A DNA stretch of 64,000 nucleotides from an uncultured Candidatus Saccharibacteria bacterium (GTDB lineage: Bacteria; Patescibacteriota; Saccharimonadia; Saccharimonadales; CAYVSP01): positions 1,623 through 65,622 of the forward strand of contig CAZOZI010000001.1 of assembly GCA_964584265.1 (NCBI GenBank), read 5' to 3'. Positions within the stretch are counted from its first letter, which is position 1; each line of letters opens with the position of its first letter. The notes under the pieces were generated by a model. It searched no databases. It had not been told where the DNA came from and saw only the letters and a program-made list of their open reading frames with translations. Positions 58,701 to 64,000 of the stretch are shown one piece after another. Made by a program: the position numbers and the translations under genes.

Positions 58701-59521
58701 CTGGCACGGTAAAACTCAGTGAAGAAGGCGACCACTACGCCGTCGAGTTAGCAGCTGACGAAGCCGAAAAAGTAACTCTTAAACTAGCTGGTCGTATGCC
58801 ACAAATTAAGAATGGGCACGAAGTTACGATAGGTGACGTATTGGCTGCTAATGAAGATGGCTCAGAGCCATTGCCCGCCACTATTTCCGGCAAAGTGCGT
58901 GTCAATAAAGACCACATAGTCATTTCACCGACCAAGCAAAGCGTGTTGCGCTATGAAGTACCTGGTTTTAAGCAAATGCTTATTAAATCGAACGATAAAG
59001 TAACAGCTGGACAACGACTGACAAATGGTTCTATAAACTTGCATGATCTCATGCGTCTCAAAGGCATTGAGGCCACTCAACGCTATATCATGAACGAAAT
59101 CCTAAAGATTTTTGCTTCTCAGGGTCAAAATATCGCTGATAAACATCTTGAAATCATCGTGCGGCAAATGTTTAGCAGGGTGCAGATTGAAGAGGCTGGA
59201 GACAGCGAATTTGTAGTTGGTGATATTGCCAGCAAGCAGGCGGTTATTGAAGCCAACGTGAAATTAAAAGCTGAAAAGAAAGAACCAGCCAAGTTCAATC
59301 AGCTATTACTTGGAATTACCAAAGCTTCGTTGAGCACAGACTCGTTCCTGAGTGCTGCTAGTTTCCAGGACACTACTCGAGTACTCATCAGTGCCGCCAC
59401 TAGCGGTAAGGTAGACAAACTCTTTGGCCTTAAAGAGAATGTTATTTTGGGGCGCCGTATTCCGGTTGGTACGGGTTTTGGAGCTAAGCAAGAGGCTGAA
59501 GCGGTTGAACATGAGGAGTAA
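55715..59521 (+). CDS. rpoC: RNA polymerase beta' subunit
   Basis: KPETINYRT, GKRVDYSGRSVI, NADFDGDQM, TALKTADSGYLTRRL, GEPGTQLT, LKENVI.G. Confidence 0.99.
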   Translation: MIRRYNHGTNIADFDAVRLAVASPEDILEWSHGEVTKPETINYRTQKPERDGLFCERIFGPVKDINPHDAKYKGVRSREAAVDKNGELVTRSIVRRERMGHISLASPVAHIWFLRGTPSAIGLVLGMTVKNLERVAYFASYIIKTVDIKKRDAMLADKEAEFTAAKEAIRLRYEKEAKVPEIDVKQLAEKQNKETEELTKDYEQTKAQLDALNRFNLISETDFRNLPDEVQALVSVGMGGAALKELLDEVELDKLIAELTKEAEEAKGQRKKKIMKRLRLLESMHRAGIKSSSLCLSVLPVIPPDLRPMVQLTGGRFATSDLNDLYRRVINRNNRLKKLIELNAPEVIRRNEQRMLQEAVDALVDNNNARSGRAVAATGQRRRLKSLSDMLKGKQGRFRQNLLGKRVDYSGRSVIVAGPELKIDECGLPKMMALELFKPFVIGHLIEQEHAHNIRSATRMIETGETAVWDALDEVIKGKYVLLNRAPSLHRLSIQAFQPVLIEGKAIQLHPLVCKGFNADFDGDQMAVHLPLSDEAQAEARDIMASNKNLLKPADGSPILHIEQDIVLGCYYLTYEKPNRKEIKPRSLATIAEAIMAHDAGVIELQSRIRVPMRGSVHETTLGRLLFNEIFPEDFPFQDEAMTKKKLQQVMAQVYQAYGQLRTAEIADDLKDIGFAYATRSGLSMGMGDFSDIKGLDKLLADGEKRATDISAQYDQGFITEEERHRLTVDNWQSVDAHVQNVLSEQFANEDSAMSIAVVSGARGNIGQVKTAVGLLGITTDATGRAIELPIRSNYKYGLTPLEYFTATRGARKGMIDTALKTADSGYLTRRLVDVSQDVFTLDEEARDPGFALYREDADEIGVSYASRLSGRFASETVTGLLKKGQLISPEVAAKIEGDNKLDGIRIMSVLSTTSIRGITRKSYGIDPATGELVAAHHPVGVIAAQSIGEPGTQLTLKTFHSGGVAGEDITTGLPRVEELFEVRTPKGQAFLADIAGTVKLSEEGDHYAVELAADEAEKVTLKLAGRMPQIKNGHEVTIGDVLAANEDGSEPLPATISGKVRVNKDHIVISPTKQSVLRYEVPGFKQMLIKSNDKVTAGQRLTNGSINLHDLMRLKGIEATQRYIMNEILKIFASQGQNIADKHLEIIVRQMFSRVQIEEAGDSEFVVGDIASKQAVIEANVKLKAEKKEPAKFNQLLLGITKASLSTDSFLSAASFQDTTRVLISAATSGKVDKLFGLKENVILGRRIPVGTGFGAKQEAEAVEHEE

Positions 59522-59560
59522 AACTGCTAGAATTACCCAGCTTCAAAATATGGAGACAGT

Positions 59561-59971
59561 ATGCCAACCGTAAGCCAGTTAGTTCGTAAGCCACGTCGTA
59601 AGGTGACCAGCAAAAGCAAGTCGCCGGCTTTGATGCGTATAACGAACAATCTAAAAACTCGCAACTACGAAAAGCCAGCCCCTTTCAAACGCGGAGTATG
59701 TATTAAAGTCACTACTAAAACTCCTAAGAAGCCTAACTCGGCACTTCGCAAAGTGGCTCGAGTCAGGCTGACTAATGGCCATGAAGTTTGGGCATATATT
59801 GGTGGTGAAGGTCACAACCTACAAGAACATGCTGTTGTGCTTGTCCGTGGTGGGCGTGTGCCAGATTTACCTGGTGTTCGTTATCACATTGTGCGTGGTT
59901 CCTTAGATCTTCAAGGTGTTCAAGACCGTAAGCGTGGACGTAGCCTTTATGGCACAAAGAAAGGCAAATAA
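59561..59971 (+). CDS. rpsL: 30S ribosomal protein S12
   Basis: [43 protein letters not shown]. Confidence 0.99.
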   Translation: MPTVSQLVRKPRRKVTSKSKSPALMRITNNLKTRNYEKPAPFKRGVCIKVTTKTPKKPNSALRKVARVRLTNGHEVWAYIGGEGHNLQEHAVVLVRGGRVPDLPGVRYHIVRGSLDLQGVQDRKRGRSLYGTKKGK

Positions 59972-59972
59972 T

Positions 59973-60239
59973 ATGAGTTTGGATGGTGCAGCAGTAAGTA
60001 ATCCCCAGAAACAAGTTGGTGAATTTACATGTTTAGGGGAAACCTGTCCTTTCTATCAGTTAGCAGACAGACACCATTTAGGCAGAGCCTATATATCTCC
60101 TAAATTCAGAAGAGAAGTTATTGAAAACTGTGTTGAAATTCAAGCTAGCTTAAAAAATAATCCTCATGTTGACGTACCGTGTGGCATGGCAGGTTTTATT
60201 GTTGATAAGGCTACACAAGGCCGAAGAGTGGTAATGTAA
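59973..60239 (+). CDS. Orphan 88-aa Cys-containing ORF between rpsL and rpsG
   Basis: ATG 1 nt after the rpsL stop, and its TAA overlaps the rpsG ATG (TAATG). Four Cys. Confidence 0.65.
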   Translation: MSLDGAAVSNPQKQVGEFTCLGETCPFYQLADRHHLGRAYISPKFRREVIENCVEIQASLKNNPHVDVPCGMAGFIVDKATQGRRVVM

Positions 60240-60718
60240 TGCCTAGAAAAGTTACTAAATCACTAGTTCGTGATATTCAACCAGATCGTATTTATAATAG
60301 TGTGCAAGTACAACGGCTGATCAACCGAGTCATGTTGGATGGCAAAAAACAGTTGGCTGAACGTTTGGTCTACAACGGTATGCAAAAGGCCGCTGATAAG
60401 CTCAAGGTCAAGAATCCTCTTGAGGTGTTCGATCAAGCCTTCAAGAATGTCCAACCGCACATGGAAACACGTTCTCGCCGTGTTGGTGGGGCCAACTATC
60501 AGATTCCATTTGAGGTCAAAGGCCAACGCCAAAATCACCTGACAACCATGTGGTTTGTGCAATCGGCCCGGGCGCGCAAAGGCATGAGCATGGAAGAACG
60601 CATTGCAGCAGAGTTAGTTGAAGCTTTCAACAGCCAGGGTGCAGCCGTCAAGAAAAAAGAAGACACTCATAAAATGGCTGAGGCCAACCGCGCCTTCGCT
60701 CATTTCGCAAGGTACTAA
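60239..60718 (+). CDS. rpsG: 30S ribosomal protein S7
   Basis: MPRK, DGKK..AE, RSRRVGGANYQIP, KKKEDTHKMAEANRAFAH. Confidence 0.99.
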   Translation: MPRKVTKSLVRDIQPDRIYNSVQVQRLINRVMLDGKKQLAERLVYNGMQKAADKLKVKNPLEVFDQAFKNVQPHMETRSRRVGGANYQIPFEVKGQRQNHLTTMWFVQSARARKGMSMEERIAAELVEAFNSQGAAVKKKEDTHKMAEANRAFAHFARY

Positions 60719-60720
60719 TT

Positions 60721-61161
60721 ATGGCTTTGGAAACTAGAGTTGAAGGCGTATGTGTATTCTGTCCTTACGATTCAGAATTGGGAGGCAGAACACAATTTGC
60801 AAAAAAACAATTAGAAGAAAATTTGGCAAAAAACCCTTGCGCATATGTTAAAGAAGGACTGTGTAGAGCAGCGCAATTAACTGTTGGGATGACAGCAGCC
60901 TCAAGTGCGCTCGAAAGAGCCCAGATAATAACGGATAAAAGAGAGCCCATTGATGTCTATATTGACCTTGAAAAACAGAATCTAAGACGTAGCTTTAGGC
61001 GTAAGTACCCAAACATAAGTGCTAGAGACCTTAACACTTTAGTAAATAATCAGTTTTATGGTCCAGCATTTAGTGCGTTTCTGGCAGATAATGGCGGTGA
61101 AGCTCAAACAGATGGTGCACTGACAGAAATGTTAAAACAAAACCTGCCAGAAGAGGTTTAA
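60721..61161 (+). CDS. Orphan 146-aa Cys-containing ORF between rpsG and fusA
   Basis: ATG 2 nt after the rpsG stop. CVFCP...PC-x7-C. Its 3' end carries the fusA SD (GAGG). Confidence 0.65.
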   Translation: MALETRVEGVCVFCPYDSELGGRTQFAKKQLEENLAKNPCAYVKEGLCRAAQLTVGMTAASSALERAQIITDKREPIDVYIDLEKQNLRRSFRRKYPNISARDLNTLVNNQFYGPAFSAFLADNGGEAQTDGALTEMLKQNLPEEV

Positions 61162-61168
61162 AAAAAGT

Positions 61169-63256
61169 ATGGCTGAGAAGAAATACTCACTAGAGAAGTT
61201 CCGTAACATTGGCATTATTGCTCATATTGACGCTGGCAAAACTACTACAACCGAGGGCATTCTCTATCGTACCGGACTAAAGCACAAAATTGGTGCAGTT
61301 CATGAAGGCGAAACAACCACTGATTGGATGGCCCAGGAACGCGAACGCGGCATAACTATTACGAGTGCCGCGGTAACTTGCTACTGGAAAGAACATAAAA
61401 TCAACATAATTGATACACCTGGGCACATTGACTTTACGGTTGAAGTGGAACGTAGTTTACGTGTTCTCGATGGTGCCGTAACTGTCTTTGACGGCAAAAT
61501 GGGTGTGGAGAGTCAGTCCGAGACCGTCTGGCGTCAGGCCGATAAATATGGCGTGCCGCGTATCTGCTTTATCAACAAGATTAACCAAACGGGTGGTGAT
61601 TTTTACAAATCACTCGATTCGATTCACCAACGCCTCAGCAAACGCGCCTTACCTATCCACTTGCCAATCGGCTTTGAGCAGAGCGTCAGAGGTGTTGTCG
61701 ACCTGATTGCAATGAGAGCATACACCTACAAGGATTTTACCGATCATGAACTGGTTGAAGAAGATATCCCGGAAGATATGATGGAAGAGGTTAAAAGATA
61801 CCGCAGCCTCCTGATTGAAAATGCTGTTGCGGAAGATGAAAAAATTCTGGAAAAGTACTTTGAAGTCGGCGAGGAAGGGTTAAGTGAGGACGAGATCCGG
61901 GCCGCTATCCGCACGGCTGTACTAAGCGGTAAATTTTTTGCCGTAACTGGTGGTGATGGTCGCGGCGTCATAGTCGAGAAACTGCTCGACGCAATCAATG
62001 ACTTTCTGCCCAGCCCGATTGACCGCGGGTCAACCTGGGGCACCCATCCTAAAAGTGGGGACGAGATTGAACGCAAGCCATCAGAATCTGACCCATTTGC
62101 CGCCCTCGCTTTTAAAATTGCGACCGACCCATTCGTTGGTAAATTAGCGTTCTTCAGGGTCTATTCAGGTAAAGTTACAGCCGGTTCGTACATTTTAAAT
62201 AGCTCAAGTGGTGAAAAAGAACGTGTTGGTCGCATTGTTCGCATGCAGGCCGATAAGCGTGAAGACGTGACAGAGGTAACAGCTGGCGATATTGCGGCTA
62301 TCGTTGGTCTCAAGGGTACTACAACAGGTAACACGCTTTGCGACCCAAACAACTCAATTGTGCTTGAGAGTATTACTTTCCCAGAGCCCCCCGTCAGTAT
62401 CGCCATTGAGCCTAAAACTAAGAGTGACCAGGAAAAAATGTCGATTGCCATGCAGCGTCTGGCTGAAGAAGACCCGACGTTCCGAATCAAAGTTGATGAT
62501 GAGACCGGCCAAACCATCATCTCCGGCATGGGGGAGCTGCATCTAGAAATCATCGTCGATCGCATGAAGCGCGAGTTTACAGTAGAGGCCAATGTTGGCC
62601 AACCGCAGGTCGCCTACCGCGAAACCATCCGCAAAGACGGCGTTGAGGCTGAAGGCAAATACATCCGTCAAACCGGTGGACGAGGCCAATACGGCCACGT
62701 TTGGTTACGACTCAGCCAAAACGAAGCTGGCAAAGGCTTTGAATTCATCAACGCCATCAAAGGTGGCGTTGTCCCGCAGGAATACATCAAGCCGGTCGAA
62801 GAAGGCATAAAAGAAGCCATGAACAACGGTGTAATTGCCGGCTATCCGGTAGTAGATGTTCGGGCCGAGCTCTACGATGGCAGTTATCACGAAGTTGACT
62901 CCAGCGAAATGGCCTTCAAGATTGCCGGCTCCATGGCCTTGCAAGACGGTGTTAAGAAAGCAACCCCAGTGCTAATTGAGCCAATTATGAAAGTCGTGGT
63001 TATCACACCAGAAAGCTTTATGGGCGATGTTATCGGTGATTTAAACTCTAAACGTGGACGCATTGAGTCAATGGAAGATTTGCAAGCTGGTATAAAAGAA
63101 ATTACGGCCTTTGTGCCGCTCGGCGAAATGTTTGGCTACACCACAAATCTGCGTAGCATGACGCAAGGCCGCGCCAGCTCTAGTATGGAGCTTGATCACT
63201 ACTCAGATGTGCCAAATAACGTGGCCGAAGCCATAATTGCTAAGAATAGTAAATAG
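61169..63256 (+). CDS. fusA: Elongation factor G
   Basis: [69 protein letters not shown]. Confidence 0.98.
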   Translation: MAEKKYSLEKFRNIGIIAHIDAGKTTTTEGILYRTGLKHKIGAVHEGETTTDWMAQERERGITITSAAVTCYWKEHKINIIDTPGHIDFTVEVERSLRVLDGAVTVFDGKMGVESQSETVWRQADKYGVPRICFINKINQTGGDFYKSLDSIHQRLSKRALPIHLPIGFEQSVRGVVDLIAMRAYTYKDFTDHELVEEDIPEDMMEEVKRYRSLLIENAVAEDEKILEKYFEVGEEGLSEDEIRAAIRTAVLSGKFFAVTGGDGRGVIVEKLLDAINDFLPSPIDRGSTWGTHPKSGDEIERKPSESDPFAALAFKIATDPFVGKLAFFRVYSGKVTAGSYILNSSSGEKERVGRIVRMQADKREDVTEVTAGDIAAIVGLKGTTTGNTLCDPNNSIVLESITFPEPPVSIAIEPKTKSDQEKMSIAMQRLAEEDPTFRIKVDDETGQTIISGMGELHLEIIVDRMKREFTVEANVGQPQVAYRETIRKDGVEAEGKYIRQTGGRGQYGHVWLRLSQNEAGKGFEFINAIKGGVVPQEYIKPVEEGIKEAMNNGVIAGYPVVDVRAELYDGSYHEVDSSEMAFKIAGSMALQDGVKKATPVLIEPIMKVVVITPESFMGDVIGDLNSKRGRIESMEDLQAGIKEITAFVPLGEMFGYTTNLRSMTQGRASSSMELDHYSDVPNNVAEAIIAKNSK

Positions 63257-63258
63257 AT

Positions 63259-63555
63259 ATGGTTATTAACCCTTTTGAATCAAGTCCAGCAAGTAATCAT
63301 GAGTCGGTCGATTACACTAGTGAGTTGCGCTTAAATGCCATCGAACTGGCAGTACATACCCTTGGAGCCGCGAAGCAAATACGTGATATTGGAGTCTCTA
63401 AGTGGCTCCGCGGCAGGGTCCTTACTATGGATTTTCCCGAATATACTCCACCGCAGTCTGTCCGAGTCGGTATTGGGATTGCTATAGGACTTGTAGTCGA
63501 GGCAGGCCAGAAGACCGGCGAGGTTGGCAAACGCTTTACAAACTTCTTAAGATAA
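63259..63555 (+). CDS. Orphan 98-aa ORF between fusA and tuf
   Basis: ATG 2 nt after the fusA stop, no recognisable motif. Confidence 0.55.
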   Translation: MVINPFESSPASNHESVDYTSELRLNAIELAVHTLGAAKQIRDIGVSKWLRGRVLTMDFPEYTPPQSVRVGIGIAIGLVVEAGQKTGEVGKRFTNFLR

Positions 63556-63563
63556 TGTAATAT
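63535..63563 (+). promoter_or_regulatory. Probable internal promoter for tuf
   Basis: TTTACA-N17-TAATAT. Confidence 0.5.
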
Positions 63564-63638
63564 TCTTCGGTAACTCGTGTGGGTTAGTTATTCTCATGCG
63601 AAAACATTTGTATAAGTCAGCAATTCTAAGGAGATAAT

Positions 63639-64000
63639 ATGGCAGATTTTGATCGCAGTAAGCCGCACATTAACGTTGGTACTATGGGACATGTTGACCA
63701 CGGTAAAACAACGCTTACCGCCGCTATTACACACGTATTGGCTAAGAAACTACCAAGCGATGTTAACAAGCCGGTTAAATACGATGAAATTGACAAGGCT
63801 CCAGAAGAAAAGGCTCGTGGCATTACGATTGCAACCTCTCACCAGGAATATGAGAGTGAAAAACGCCACTATGCGCACGTCGATATGCCGGGCCATGCTG
63901 ACTACGTCAAAAACATGATTACCGGTGCCGCACAAGTTGACGGCGCCATTTTGGTGGTTTCGGCCGCCGATGGTCCCATGCCCCAGACTCGTGAACATGT
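63639..64000 (+). CDS. tuf: Elongation factor Tu, 3'-truncated by the window edge (absent from the ORF track)
   Basis: [39 protein letters not shown]...RGITI...[21 protein letters not shown]. Confidence 0.98.
   Translation, partial: MADFDRSKPHINVGTMGHVDHGKTTLTAAITHVLAKKLPSDVNKPVKYDEIDKAPEEKARGITIATSHQEYESEKRHYAHVDMPGHADYVKNMITGAAQVDGAILVVSAADGPMPQTREH

Noticed and set aside
62400-62950. More C-ending, GC-richer codons in the 3' half of fusA
   Set aside because: Compatible with high-expression codon bias, also seen in tuf. No breakpoint or frame disruption supports chimerism.
1-64000. CRISPR array, rRNA, transposase or reverse transcriptase
   Set aside because: No regularly spaced direct repeats, rRNA-like tracts or DDE/HUH/RT motifs seen by eye.
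1-64000. Alternative genetic code (UGA read as Gly or Trp)
   Set aside because: TGA ends genes at the expected positions (gatC, gatA, rnhB, rpoB) and core genes are uninterrupted in code 11.

Overview
Compact, gene-dense chromosomal segment using genetic code 11. Gene content and protein style (split transketolase, orphan prepilin, many small orphan ORFs, divergent RNAP and EF-G) suggest a Patescibacteria/CPR bacterium, most likely Saccharibacteria; this is inference, not a database result. Housekeeping genes dominate: rpe-tkt-tkt-fba-pfkB, uvrB, gatCAB, dnaE, a PilB-like ATPase, malic enzyme, rplS-rnhB-yraN, pepN, nusA, clpC, radA, a class A PBP, tyrS, recG, rsmD, tRNA-Leu, hisS, tig, clpP, rpoBC and rpsL-rpsG-fusA-tuf. 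I saw no CRISPR array, prophage or transposase. Main unusual signals: (1) right after tRNA-Leu, a promoter, an Arg/His-rich 36-aa leader ORF and a terminator/antiterminator precede a very divergent ArgRS-like HIGH-motif protein coupled to a HIT hydrolase; (2) two 171-nt, gap-free alignable, strongly covarying structured elements, one occluding the nusA Shine-Dalgarno and one antisense behind tyrS; (3) an orphan ORF at every junction of the str operon; (4) EF-G with NKxD changed to NKIN and no canonical G5 motif; (5) loss of Zn-ligand cysteines in both beta' sites and in PilB; (6) CIRCE boxes on clpC and clpP, and many apparently leaderless genes.
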